A stretch of DNA of 64,000 nucleotides. Source: Bacillales bacterium UBA4045. GTDB taxonomy: Bacteria; Bacillota; Bacilli; Paenibacillales; UBA4045. Made by a program: the position numbers and the translations under genes. The stretch covers positions 23,054 through 87,053 of the forward strand of contig DFZX01000038.1 of NCBI GenBank assembly GCA_002383695.1, written 5' to 3'. The notes under the pieces are model-generated. The model did no database searches. It was not told the origin of the DNA and saw nothing but the letters and a program-made list of their open reading frames with translations. This document shows, piece after piece, positions 46,156 through 55,672 of the stretch (positions are counted from its first letter, which is position 1; every line of letters begins with the position of its first letter).

Positions 46156-46257
46156 ATCGTTAATTATTACTTAATTTTATAAAATTAAGGTTATTTTAAT
46201 ATTAATCTGATATAGTTTGTTATGGCTAATAACTTGTATTTGAGAAGGGGACACGAA

Positions 46258-47082
46258 ATGTCAGAAAAAGATAATGAAAACCTGTTAAATCAAGAAAACT
46301 TAAAGGACCAAGAGGACATTCGGGAACAACAAGATGAATTTCTAGAGGAAAAGCAAACAGAAGCTCTAGAGGAAAAGCAAACAGAGCAAGAAGAAACTCA
46401 TACAGAACAACAACTAGAGCAGACAGTTACAACGAAAAGTGCAACCAAGGTGTGGATGGTAGCTTCCATCGTTCTATTCGCTGCTCTGATTTACGCGCTC
46501 ATTCAACCACCCTTTGGAAAGAGTAATGACACGGTTGCTTCTGTTAATGGTATTTCGATTTCAAAGGACATGTTCTATGACGAGATGATTAAGACGGGTG
46601 GAGCACCAATCCTAGACAACATGATCACCGAGGAATTGTTAAATCAGGAAGCTAAAGAAAGTGGAATAACGGTTACAGATAGTGATGTTGACAATGAAAT
46701 CACGATGTACAAGAAGAACTATCCGAGTGAAGAGGAATGGATTGCAACGTTAGCTCAAAGAGGTACAACCGAGGAACAGCTTCGGACTGAGCTTGTCAAA
46801 GAAATTCAATTACGTAAATTGCTTGAACCACAAACACCAGTAACCGATGAAGAAATTAATTTGTTCTACACGGAGAATTTAGAAGCGATGTCAACACCAG
46901 ATAAAGTACCAACGCTCGATGAGAAGAAGGAAGAAATTCGTTATCAGCTTGTTTACCAGAAATTATCAGAGGTGTTCCCAGCTTGGATCGAAGAAGTTAA
47001 AGCAAAAGCTGAAATCGAGAATTCCTTAGAGGTTAAAACTGAAGAAGTTGAAGGAACTGAAGATGTTGAAGTAGCTAACTAA
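46258..47082 (+). CDS. Membrane-anchored SurA-N/PrsA-like chaperone-domain protein with acidic repeat N-terminus
   Basis: Acidic EEKQTE repeats, one TM helix (VWMVASIVLFAALIYALI), then VNGISISKDMFYDEMIK...ITEELLNQEAKESGITVTDSDVDNEI. I saw no clear parvulin domain. Start trimmed to ATG 46258. Confidence 0.6.
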   Translation: MSEKDNENLLNQENLKDQEDIREQQDEFLEEKQTEALEEKQTEQEETHTEQQLEQTVTTKSATKVWMVASIVLFAALIYALIQPPFGKSNDTVASVNGISISKDMFYDEMIKTGGAPILDNMITEELLNQEAKESGITVTDSDVDNEITMYKKNYPSEEEWIATLAQRGTTEEQLRTELVKEIQLRKLLEPQTPVTDEEINLFYTENLEAMSTPDKVPTLDEKKEEIRYQLVYQKLSEVFPAWIEEVKAKAEIENSLEVKTEEVEGTEDVEVAN

Positions 47083-47087
47083 ACACT

Positions 47088-47138
47088 CAAAAAAGTGACA
47101 CGATAATCGATAACCGATAACCGTTGTCACTTTTTTTT
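47088..47138 (+). terminator. Intrinsic terminator
   Basis: aaaaaagtgaca ... tgtcac followed by T8. Confidence 0.75.
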
Positions 47139-47270
47139 ATGTAAATTGCTATTTTCGACATGCGGTTACAAGACCGATTGAGTTGAAATATCACGGGTCA
47201 CTAATTGACAAAATGATAGGGTGCTGATAGCATAAATAAAGTGAATGTGAGCTGTTGAAGGTAGGTAAAT

Positions 47271-48317
47271 TTGTTGAAAAAATCGGAAATAAATAGTACT
47301 GAGATTGCCAAGCTTGCCGGCGTATCGCGCAGTACGGTTAGTAGAGTTATTAATGATTATCCGAATGTACCAGAGAAGACCAAAGAGAAGGTTATGAAGC
47401 TCATTGAGCAATATAACTATTATCCCAATTTGTCGGCTCAAGTGTTAGCTGGTAAGCGTACGCGTACGATTGGATTATTCCTGATCGATTCAGGCCATGT
47501 ATCTACAGATATGATTTCTAATCTTTTAATTGCAAGAGTAATCGAAAGTGCATCTCAGCTTGGGTATTATGTGTTAACCCATATTATTCGTAATACTGGG
47601 GATGAGGAAGCCATTCGGACAGTTAAGGAAAGCTTTTATCAGAAAAGAATTGATGGTGGTGTCTTCATCGGTGCTGCAAATCATGAACCCTTCCTTGAAC
47701 AATTAATTGCTGAAGGATTTATTGTGGCTATTGTTGATCAAGATTTATCTGGACATAACGAATCAAACCGTCTTGTCATTAATTTCGATAATAGAACTGG
47801 TGCAGAACAAGCCATCGATTATCTGGTCAGCTTAAATCATAAGCGGATTGGTGTTATCTGTGGTGATTTAAATCGATTCTCAGGACCAGCCAAGCTTCAA
47901 GGTTTTAAGAATGCGATGAATAAACATCAATTACAGCTAGTCGATAAGTGGATGATACCTGGTGATTTTAATGAAGTTAGTGGTTATAAAGCCATTTATA
48001 ATTTAGTTAAATCTAGTCATGATGATTTACCTACTGCAATATTCACAGCGAATGATAATGTTGCCTTCGGAGCAATTCGGGCTTTAAATGAACTCGGAAT
48101 CAGTGTTCCAGATGACATATCGATGATTGGCTTTGATGATCATGCACTTAGTTCACGATTTAAACCGGCGCTCACAACAATCCACGTAGATTTTGAGCAG
48201 TTAATGCACAAGCTAACTAGTGCGTTAATTGATCGAATTGAGAAGGATTCGAAGGCTTTTGAGCAGCTAATGATCGGAACTTCGCTTGTGATCAGAGACT
48301 CTTGTCGTAAAATTTAA
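47271..48317 (+). CDS. LacI-family transcriptional regulator
   Basis: N-terminal HTH STEIAKLAGVSRSTVSRVIN plus a periplasmic-binding-protein-like effector domain. Confidence 0.9.
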   Translation: MLKKSEINSTEIAKLAGVSRSTVSRVINDYPNVPEKTKEKVMKLIEQYNYYPNLSAQVLAGKRTRTIGLFLIDSGHVSTDMISNLLIARVIESASQLGYYVLTHIIRNTGDEEAIRTVKESFYQKRIDGGVFIGAANHEPFLEQLIAEGFIVAIVDQDLSGHNESNRLVINFDNRTGAEQAIDYLVSLNHKRIGVICGDLNRFSGPAKLQGFKNAMNKHQLQLVDKWMIPGDFNEVSGYKAIYNLVKSSHDDLPTAIFTANDNVAFGAIRALNELGISVPDDISMIGFDDHALSSRFKPALTTIHVDFEQLMHKLTSALIDRIEKDSKAFEQLMIGTSLVIRDSCRKI

Positions 48318-48333
48318 TTTTCTCGCCCCGAAA

Positions 48334-48349
48334 TGAACGCGCGTTTACA
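48334..48349. promoter_or_regulatory. Candidate LacI-type/cre-like operator upstream of the SDR gene
   Basis: tgaacgcgcgtttaca is a near-palindrome around a central CGCG, ending 28 nt before ATG 48377. A related motif occurs at 54569-54584. Confidence 0.45.
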
Positions 48350-48376
48350 AATATAACTTAAAATCAGGAGGCAAAC

Positions 48377-49078
48377 ATGAAATTATTAATTACAGGAGCA
48401 AACCGAGGACTTGGATTGGAATTAACGACTGAAGCTGCGGCTAGGGGACATCGAGTTTTGGCTGGTATTCGTAGTCTAGAATCAACGAGAACTAAAATAA
48501 ATGAATTACAGCTGCGCTATCCTAACCAAATTACTATTGTTCCGTTAGATACCTCTGAGGAGCATTCGGTTAACTATGCAGCAACTGAAGTAGCGCAGCG
48601 AGAAACACACATTGATGGAATTATTAATAGTGCCGCAATCCTGTTAGGAAGGGGGCAGAAAATCGAGGAGCTAAGCTTCGAAGACATGGATAGCTCCTTC
48701 CGAACGAATTTATACGGACCTATGATGGTTATCAAACACTTCCTTCCCTTATTGAAGAATGGCTCTAGTCAGAGTATTATTAATATAAGCTCCGAAGCTG
48801 GAAGCTTCGCAAATGCTTGTGGTGGCGATTATTCCTATGCATTAACGAAGAGTGCGTTGAATATGTTCTCTGCACAGCTTCACAAGCAGCTAACACCACA
48901 AGGCTATCAAGTATACGCTGTACATCCTGGTTGGATTCGAACAGATATGGGGGGGGATCAGGCTCCTGGTGATGCATCTGAATCAGCTAAAGGAATAATA
49001 GATCTAATAGAATGTAAGGTAAAGGTGAAAGATCGTGTATCCTTCATCGATTTCCGAGGAGAGCCTATGCCGATCTAA
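48377..49078 (+). CDS. Short-chain dehydrogenase/reductase (C-factor/CsgA-like SDR)
   Basis: ITGANRGLG cofactor motif, catalytic Y-x3-K (YALTK), and NISS. Confidence 0.85.
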   Translation: MKLLITGANRGLGLELTTEAAARGHRVLAGIRSLESTRTKINELQLRYPNQITIVPLDTSEEHSVNYAATEVAQRETHIDGIINSAAILLGRGQKIEELSFEDMDSSFRTNLYGPMMVIKHFLPLLKNGSSQSIINISSEAGSFANACGGDYSYALTKSALNMFSAQLHKQLTPQGYQVYAVHPGWIRTDMGGDQAPGDASESAKGIIDLIECKVKVKDRVSFIDFRGEPMPI

Positions 49079-49106
49079 ATGAACTGATGGAGAAGGGGAT
49101 TCATGA

Positions 49107-51257
49107 ATGTCTCGGATACGAGCCCATCTAAGAAGCATGCATCACTTCGATTCAGCTTATGATTTGGCTGGACTCATAGGTATATATGCAGCATGCATCC
49201 CAATAACTATGGCTATTGGTTTAGGAATGCCAACTGGTCTATGGTTAATCGTTGATATTATTATTATAAGTGTTGTTGGTATTCTGATTGTTGTGTTAGC
49301 AAATTTTATCCTATCTGCACTAATTACTTTTATTCGAATACGAATACCACGATTATTACTCGGAGCATTCATTGCGACATTCTCAGGCATATCGATTGCA
49401 TTATGGCAATCGAATATCTCATATTGGGGTGCTGCAATCATTAGCTTTATTCTAATTATTCTTTCGATTTCGATAAGCACTTCAATTTATATTATGATCA
49501 AACGGTTTCCTAGACGAATTTACCATACCATTTATGTTGGGCTTTCTTTACTATTGCTGCTGCTTTTCGTACTTTGGCTTAATCATGCATGGTCTACTCA
49601 ACCCCCTACTTATGATCGACAGCTTTTGTCGGGTACTCAGGTAATAACGATACAAGCTGAAAATCCTAGTCATAAGGGTCCTTATTCTTTTCAGACGCTC
49701 ACTTATGGTACAGGGAAGGATTTACATCGGGATGAATTTGCTGAAAACGTCGATATGATCACAAAAACCGTAGATGGCTCAGACTTAATTAAGCGATGGA
49801 GTAAAATACGAGAGCTTTTCTGGGGGTTTGATAAAACGAAGCTACCTTTGAATGGAAGAGTATGGCTTCCAATTGGAGAAGGTCTATTCCCACTGGTCTT
49901 AATTGTACATGGGAACCATCTCATGGAAGACTTCTCTGATGATGGTTATGCATATTTGGGCGAGTTATTAGCAAGTAAGGGTTTTATAGCCGTTTCATTG
50001 GATGAAAATTTCATTAATTATTCAGTCTGGTCAGGTGGACTGAGTAATGATATGGAGCTAAGATCTTGGGTGATGCTTCAGCATATCGAAGCAATCAGAG
50101 AGCTTAATCGCATGTCGTTAAATCCATTATCCTCGAAGGTGGATATGAGTAATATTGCCCTTATTGGTCATTCTCGTGGTGGGCAGGCGGCAGTACTTGC
50201 AGCAGAGAACTTAGATGTACATGATGATATAAAAGCGATTATAGCGATTGCTCCAACAGATCGTACTAAGGATAAGAAATATCTAAAGCTGAATCATATC
50301 AATTATATGGTCATTCAAGGATCTCAGGATGCAGATGTAAGCACATTTACAGGTGATCGTCAGTATGAGAGAGCAACAATCTTCAATAAAGAATATTTGT
50401 TCAAGACATCATTATATATCGAGAGAGCTAATCATGGTCAATTTAATACAACCTGGGGTAATATGGATTTATCGCTTCCAACAGGATTATTCCTTAATAA
50501 ACGTGATATTCTCGATGGTGAAAACCAAAGGTTAATCGCCCAGATTTATGTATCCGCATTTCTAGAAACAACACTTAAGCATACAAACACATATCTACCC
50601 ATGTTTAAGGATTACAGAGCTGCAGCGGATTGGCTCCCAGCAACGTCGTATAGAAGCCGATTCGAAGCCTCTGACTTTAAACGGATATCAGATTTCGAAG
50701 AAGATCATAATATTGAAACAACAAGTATTATGAATGGTAGTATTAGCGCTGATAATATGAAAAGTTGGAAGGAAGATACCGTAAAGGACCGTCAGGATTC
50801 TTCCAAACAAAATCGCAGCGTACATCTATCATGGGCTGAGGAGGAGAAGGGTAGCTATGAATTGTTGTTGCCCTCACTTGGCTGGACCTCCCAATTGAAT
50901 TCCGAATCGGTTTTGTCTTTCGCTATTGCGAATATAACGAATGATCCTAACATCGATATTACAATAGAGTTAGAGTCAGAGGAAGGTGATGTCATACAGA
51001 ATCCTATTCATACATTTATGCGAATACATCCAGCCATTCACACCCAATTTACGAAGGAGCCGTTCCTTGATCGTGCGGTGAGAGAAGGTAGGTATGGTGA
51101 GTCAACAGAGCCTGTATTCCAAACCTTCATGATCTCATTGAAGGTATTATCAGAGGATCATCCTGCTTTTAATTTCGCTGCAATTAAATCTGTACGCTTC
51201 CTGTTCTCTAATCAACAGGAAGGGAGTATCCTATTAGACGATATCGGTTTCTATTAG
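49107..51257 (+). CDS. Polytopic membrane protein fused to an alpha/beta-hydrolase-like domain
   Basis: About 5 N-terminal TMs, then the nucleophile-elbow-like IGHSRGGQAA, followed by a ~280-aa C-terminal domain of unknown function. Confidence 0.6.
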   Translation: MSRIRAHLRSMHHFDSAYDLAGLIGIYAACIPITMAIGLGMPTGLWLIVDIIIISVVGILIVVLANFILSALITFIRIRIPRLLLGAFIATFSGISIALWQSNISYWGAAIISFILIILSISISTSIYIMIKRFPRRIYHTIYVGLSLLLLLLFVLWLNHAWSTQPPTYDRQLLSGTQVITIQAENPSHKGPYSFQTLTYGTGKDLHRDEFAENVDMITKTVDGSDLIKRWSKIRELFWGFDKTKLPLNGRVWLPIGEGLFPLVLIVHGNHLMEDFSDDGYAYLGELLASKGFIAVSLDENFINYSVWSGGLSNDMELRSWVMLQHIEAIRELNRMSLNPLSSKVDMSNIALIGHSRGGQAAVLAAENLDVHDDIKAIIAIAPTDRTKDKKYLKLNHINYMVIQGSQDADVSTFTGDRQYERATIFNKEYLFKTSLYIERANHGQFNTTWGNMDLSLPTGLFLNKRDILDGENQRLIAQIYVSAFLETTLKHTNTYLPMFKDYRAAADWLPATSYRSRFEASDFKRISDFEEDHNIETTSIMNGSISADNMKSWKEDTVKDRQDSSKQNRSVHLSWAEEEKGSYELLLPSLGWTSQLNSESVLSFAIANITNDPNIDITIELESEEGDVIQNPIHTFMRIHPAIHTQFTKEPFLDRAVREGRYGESTEPVFQTFMISLKVLSEDHPAFNFAAIKSVRFLFSNQQEGSILLDDIGFY

Positions 51258-51366
51258 CATATTCCACATCGAGCAACATAACTTATTATGAATTGATAAA
51301 GTCTAATCTAAGTTATGAAAGCTATGTTATAATCAGGATGAGTCTAAAGCTTGTATAGAAGAGGAG

Positions 51367-51660
51367 ATGATTGAAATGAGCAAACTAACCACTGAACAAA
51401 TGGCTGTTTATATGAACAAGCTGCCCCTTTGGAAATTCGAGAATAATACACTAACGAAATTATTTCAGAGAAAAGATTTTAAGGATTCTATTTATTTTGT
51501 GAATACGATTGCAGAGCTGGCCGAGAAGCTCAATCATCATCCAGAACTACACGTCCAATATGATCGTGTATCTGTTCTTCTGACTACCCATGATAAGAAT
51601 GGGGTAACAGGTAAAGACTTCTTACTAGCGCAGCAAATTGAATCACTCATAGTCAAATGA
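51367..51660 (+). CDS. Pterin-4a-carbinolamine dehydratase (PCD/DCoH family)
   Basis: LNHHPELHVQYDRVSVLLTTHD motif and a length of about 95 aa. Confidence 0.8.
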   Translation: MIEMSKLTTEQMAVYMNKLPLWKFENNTLTKLFQRKDFKDSIYFVNTIAELAEKLNHHPELHVQYDRVSVLLTTHDKNGVTGKDFLLAQQIESLIVK

Positions 51661-51710
51661 AAAAAAAGAGGCGGCAATAGCAGATTCTGCTGTGGCTGCC
51701 TCTTTTTTTA
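51661..51710. terminator. Bidirectional intrinsic terminator
   Basis: A7-gaggcggc...gctgcctc-T7 between convergent genes. Confidence 0.7.
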
Positions 51711-51712
51711 CT

Positions 51713-52015
51713 TTATATCAGATGAATGAGATGTGTCACTTGTGGAACGGAGGATACCTTAAGAATATGATTTTCTGAATCATACTCGATCTTACCAGAT
51801 CCAATCGTAAGATTGGGTAGATTACCTAGGCCATAGAAGATATCATCTGCAAGGGTTCGTATACAATCGATTTGCTCCTCTTGCTCCATCATGCTCCATT
51901 CCTCTTGACTCATCTCGAACAGATCATAACAATCCTGTATCGAGAAAATCGCTTTTGTCATTTCTTCAACGATATCCTCATATTCACGCTTGAACTTCAC
52001 ACCCATGATGGACAC
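51713..52015 (-). CDS. Small acidic hypothetical protein
   Basis: 100-aa ORF with a GAAAGG RBS (ATG at 52006 is likely). No family recognised. Confidence 0.45.
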   Translation of the reverse strand: MSIMGVKFKREYEDIVEEMTKAIFSIQDCYDLFEMSQEEWSMMEQEEQIDCIRTLADDIFYGLGNLPNLTIGSGKIEYDSENHILKVSSVPQVTHLIHLI

Positions 52016-52038
52016 ACCTTTCTAATTTCTTTCGTCTA

Positions 52039-53208
52039 TCATATCAGTTTCGAACTCTTCAAGCCAGAGTGAAATGGTAATATAGAAACGGCAATCATTA
52101 GTACAATAAACGCAATGAAATAAGGTGAGATGTGATCTCTGAGCTGTCCAGCAAGCATAGGACCAAGAAAGGCGCCTATTGAGAATGCGATCGATAATAA
52201 AGAGAATGTTCTACCATAGCGAGAACCACTGCTTAATTGAATTAGGAGAGAGGATAAGGCTGGGAAGATGATTCCCTTAGCCATGCCTACAAAGAGCAGT
52301 AGTACATACAGCGGTGCAGAGACGTTGATGGTCAGTGCGAAGAACGTGATAGCTAACATCACAGCACCCATAAGTGTGCGGACATACGGGGAGTAACGAT
52401 TCAGGAATAGCATACTTAACGTAATCAGAGCACCCAAGCTGATTACGGAGAATAATAATCCGGTTTTCATTATTGCATTGTTTGTTGTGGCCATGAGTGG
52501 CAATTCAAAGAATAGAATACCTTGTGAGCAGGACATTGCTACAGGTAAAGCGAATACAATCCAAGAGACTGTGCCCGTGCTACTCAAAACGGTAGTATTC
52601 AAGGTATGAGCTGTGGAAGCTTGATCTTCATTGCGATCTGTTATCTTATCCGTAATGAAGAATAATGCACAGATCGCGGTAATTATTAATACCCAGCCAA
52701 GTATGTTAAAGGCTAGTGCAAATCCAATTTGTGCAACCAATATGGCCCCTGCCGCAGGCGATACTACGGATGCTAATGTGTGTACTAAACCATTACCTGC
52801 CATCAGCTTCCCTTGCTGTATCTGATTATTACCAATACGCGCTAATAGTGTCATACAGGCAGGAGATAAGAATGCTAGTACAAAGCCACTTACTGAGCGA
52901 AGGACTAGTAGCTGCCATGGATTCGTAACATGAGATTGAAGTAGGAGAATACCTCCTGCTAATAATAAGCTTAATACTATGAAAATACGGCTACCTAATC
53001 GATCTACACTATATCCAGCAATCAGGTTTCCAGGTAGATGAGTAATGGAATACATGCCCATGATTAGACCGATAAAGGATGGCGTGGCACCTAGTGATAC
53101 TGCAAATGGGGTAAGAATAGGGTATTGTGCATGAAGATCAAAAAAAGCAACAAACAGAAAAAAATATAGCCACAATGCGGTTTTCAACCCAATTCCCCCC
53201 TGATTCAT
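52039..53208 (-). CDS. MFS transporter
   Basis: About 12 TMs with an MFS loop motif (GYSVDRLGSR). Confidence 0.85.
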   Translation of the reverse strand: MNQGGIGLKTALWLYFFLFVAFFDLHAQYPILTPFAVSLGATPSFIGLIMGMYSITHLPGNLIAGYSVDRLGSRIFIVLSLLLAGGILLLQSHVTNPWQLLVLRSVSGFVLAFLSPACMTLLARIGNNQIQQGKLMAGNGLVHTLASVVSPAAGAILVAQIGFALAFNILGWVLIITAICALFFITDKITDRNEDQASTAHTLNTTVLSSTGTVSWIVFALPVAMSCSQGILFFELPLMATTNNAIMKTGLLFSVISLGALITLSMLFLNRYSPYVRTLMGAVMLAITFFALTINVSAPLYVLLLFVGMAKGIIFPALSSLLIQLSSGSRYGRTFSLLSIAFSIGAFLGPMLAGQLRDHISPYFIAFIVLMIAVSILPFHSGLKSSKLI

Positions 53209-53300
53209 CGGATTCTCTTAGTTTTAGTTGTACGTAAGAAAGGGACGGGTTATGTCAATTCGGTATGAATTTATTGAACGACAACATGAGGAAAAGGTGA

Positions 53301-54221
53301 ATGAAAATGAAAATGATTACAGTTGAGCATTTGATTAAACGGTTCGGATTAGAAATATTAGCTGGACATGCTTACACTGGGCGTAATCTTGTTAAATCGA
53401 GGGTTCATCGACCTGGATTGGAATTTGTTGGGTACTTTGATTTTTTTCCAATGGAGCGGATTCAAATTCTGGGGAGGAAGGAAATTACTTATTTACACTC
53501 TCTAAGTGAAGAGGAGAGGAATCTTCGAATTGGTAATGTTGTCAAATATCACCCACCTTGTTTTATTGTTACAAGCAATCAAGAGGGACTTAAATACTTA
53601 ACGAAATATTGTGAGCAAGAACAAATTCCTTTGTTACGTACAACGATTACAACTACCAAATTCTTAGACTTGGTAGATGCCTATCTGGCTAAAGCCTTAG
53701 CACCACAGATTACCATCCATGGAGTCTGTGTGAATGTCTCTGGAATTGGGGTCATTATTCGTGGGAAATCGGGTGTAGGTAAGAGTGAAACCGCACACAC
53801 ATTAATACAGCGGGGTCATCGCCTAATCGCCGATGATGTCATAGTCTTAAAGAAGATCAATCCGGAAACCATTCTCGCCACCCATGATGAGAAAACAAAA
53901 GAGTTCCTTGCTTTAAGGAGTGTTGGCTTGATCAATGTTTCAAGGCTATATGGGAGAAGTGCCTTTCAGGAGGAGACTCGTTTAGTGCTAGATATTGAGC
54001 TTACAAAGTGGCAGGATCAAGCACTGAATAATGATTTAGAGCTTGATCCTAAGTTTGTTGATTATTTAGAAGTACCCATTCCACATATAGAAATCCAGCT
54101 TCAACCTGGTAGGGATGTCGCTGGATTAATTGAGGCGGCCGCCAATAATTGGTATTTGCGACAGCAAGGCTACAGTGCCATGGAAGACTTCATGCAACGA
54201 TTGCAATCGGATACAGAGTAA
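53301..54221 (+). CDS. hprK: HPr kinase/phosphorylase
   Basis: P-loop GKSGVGKSETA, LIADD, and RSVGLINVSRLYG. Length 306 aa. Confidence 0.9.
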   Translation: MKMKMITVEHLIKRFGLEILAGHAYTGRNLVKSRVHRPGLEFVGYFDFFPMERIQILGRKEITYLHSLSEEERNLRIGNVVKYHPPCFIVTSNQEGLKYLTKYCEQEQIPLLRTTITTTKFLDLVDAYLAKALAPQITIHGVCVNVSGIGVIIRGKSGVGKSETAHTLIQRGHRLIADDVIVLKKINPETILATHDEKTKEFLALRSVGLINVSRLYGRSAFQEETRLVLDIELTKWQDQALNNDLELDPKFVDYLEVPIPHIEIQLQPGRDVAGLIEAAANNWYLRQQGYSAMEDFMQRLQSDTE

Positions 54222-54252
54222 TACATGTTAGCGAAGAAGTTCAAATATGTGA

Positions 54253-54447
54253 TTATTTGAACTTCTTTTTTCTCTTATTCAGAACATTAAAAGTGATTAA
54301 AGCTGCAATAATCATAGAGATGAAGCCAATATTGCCAGCGGTTTCTACAGAGCTACCTAACATGCCACAGATTGTAGTAACAATAATATTCGTCAGATAA
54401 GCTATTCCCAGAATCCATAAAGGTCGAATGAAGTTATATCTACGCAT
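54253..54447 (-). CDS. Small two-TM membrane protein
   Basis: GGGAGGG RBS 7 nt upstream, two hydrophobic helices and a basic C-terminal tail KRKKKFK. Confidence 0.55.
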   Translation of the reverse strand: MRRYNFIRPLWILGIAYLTNIIVTTICGMLGSSVETAGNIGFISMIIAALITFNVLNKRKKKFK

Positions 54448-54605
54448 AATAAACCCTCCCTATCGTTCATATTAATCAGTGTATCCTAACTTCACCCTTT
54501 ACTCAAGGTAACTTACTAACTAAAGATTGGGTTCTTGTTCATAGGGTTAATGTTCTTTATACTAATAATTAACACGCGTTCAAATTTAATTTTAGGAGTG
54601 TTGAA

Positions 54606-55610
54606 ATGATGAGAGTTTTATTCATTGGTGGAACGGGACTAATTAGTGAGGCTGTATCGAGGTTAGCAATAGCTAATGGAGTAGAGCTCTATTTATTCAA
54701 TCGCGGTTTACATTCTGATGGAATTCCAGCTGGAGCGCATGTAATTATCGGTGATATCCGAGATGTGGAGACAACCAAGAAAACCTTGAAAAACTACAAT
54801 TTTGACGTGGTGGTGGATTGGGTAGCCTTTACACCAGAGCAACTAAAAGTGGATTTGGATATATTCCAAGGAAAGATTAAACAATATATATTCATTAGCT
54901 CAGCATCTGCTTATCAGAAACCGCCCACCCATTATATCATCACAGAATCAACGCCACTGTATAACCCATTCTGGCAGTATTCTCGTGATAAAATAGCTTG
55001 TGAGGAATTGTTAATGAATGCGTACAGGAATCATGATTTTCCTATTACTATTATCCGACCATCTTTCACCTATGGGAATAAGATGATCCCTGCGGCTATG
55101 AACAGCTGGCAACGACCATGGTCGTTAGTTGACCGTATGCGTAAAGGCAAGAAGATTATCGTTCATGGGGATGGCACCTCGATTTGGACGATGACCCACA
55201 ATACAGACTTTGCAAAAGGCTTTGTTGGCTTGTTGGATAACCCATTAGCAATCGGTCATGCTTTTCACATCACATCAGATGAAGTATTAACATGGAATCA
55301 AATCTATCAGTTTATAGGTCATGCTGCTGGTGTTGAACCAAACCTGATTCATATTCCATCGGATTTTATAATTGCTAAATCACCTGAGGATAAGGGTGGT
55401 TTATTAGGTGATAAAGCAGTTAGTGGTGTATTCGACAATAGTAAGATCAAACAATTTGTTCCTAATTATGTTGCTACTATGCCTTTCGCAAAAGGAATTA
55501 AACAAACCCTCGCTTGGTTTGAAGCGAATCCAGAGAAATGTATGATTGATGAAGAATGGAACACACAGATGGATCATATCATCGCCGCTTATGAAAAAGG
55601 CTTAGCATAG
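54606..55610 (+). CDS. NAD-dependent epimerase/dehydratase-family (extended SDR) protein
   Basis: FIGGTGLIS Rossmann motif and YSRDK (Y-x3-K). Confidence 0.85.
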   Translation: MMRVLFIGGTGLISEAVSRLAIANGVELYLFNRGLHSDGIPAGAHVIIGDIRDVETTKKTLKNYNFDVVVDWVAFTPEQLKVDLDIFQGKIKQYIFISSASAYQKPPTHYIITESTPLYNPFWQYSRDKIACEELLMNAYRNHDFPITIIRPSFTYGNKMIPAAMNSWQRPWSLVDRMRKGKKIIVHGDGTSIWTMTHNTDFAKGFVGLLDNPLAIGHAFHITSDEVLTWNQIYQFIGHAAGVEPNLIHIPSDFIIAKSPEDKGGLLGDKAVSGVFDNSKIKQFVPNYVATMPFAKGIKQTLAWFEANPEKCMIDEEWNTQMDHIIAAYEKGLA

Positions 55611-55672
55611 GTGAGTAAATAAGGTATATTGGAGGAAGGTGAATCACGAACAACTAACTGGAGGTAATAGGT

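Noticed and set aside
45779-46257. Known RNA classes for the promoter-to-hairpin region (T-box, SAM, TPP, FMN, lysine, glycine, purine, preQ1, ykkC, ydaO, yybP, 6S, SRP, tmRNA, RNase P, RoxS)
   Set aside because: By eye none of the diagnostic conserved cores is present (for example T-box GGTGGTACCGCG, TPP CTGAGA, or the tmRNA/RNase P termini). The resemblance to RoxS/RsaE is limited to one C-rich box, so the region is left unclassified.
46342-46389. 24-nt tandem duplication (ctagaggaaaagcaaacaga x2)
   Set aside because: It is in frame, encoding LEEKQTEA/LEEKQTEQ within an acidic low-complexity N-terminal region of the SurA-N-like protein. This looks like ordinary slippage-type expansion rather than a separate element.
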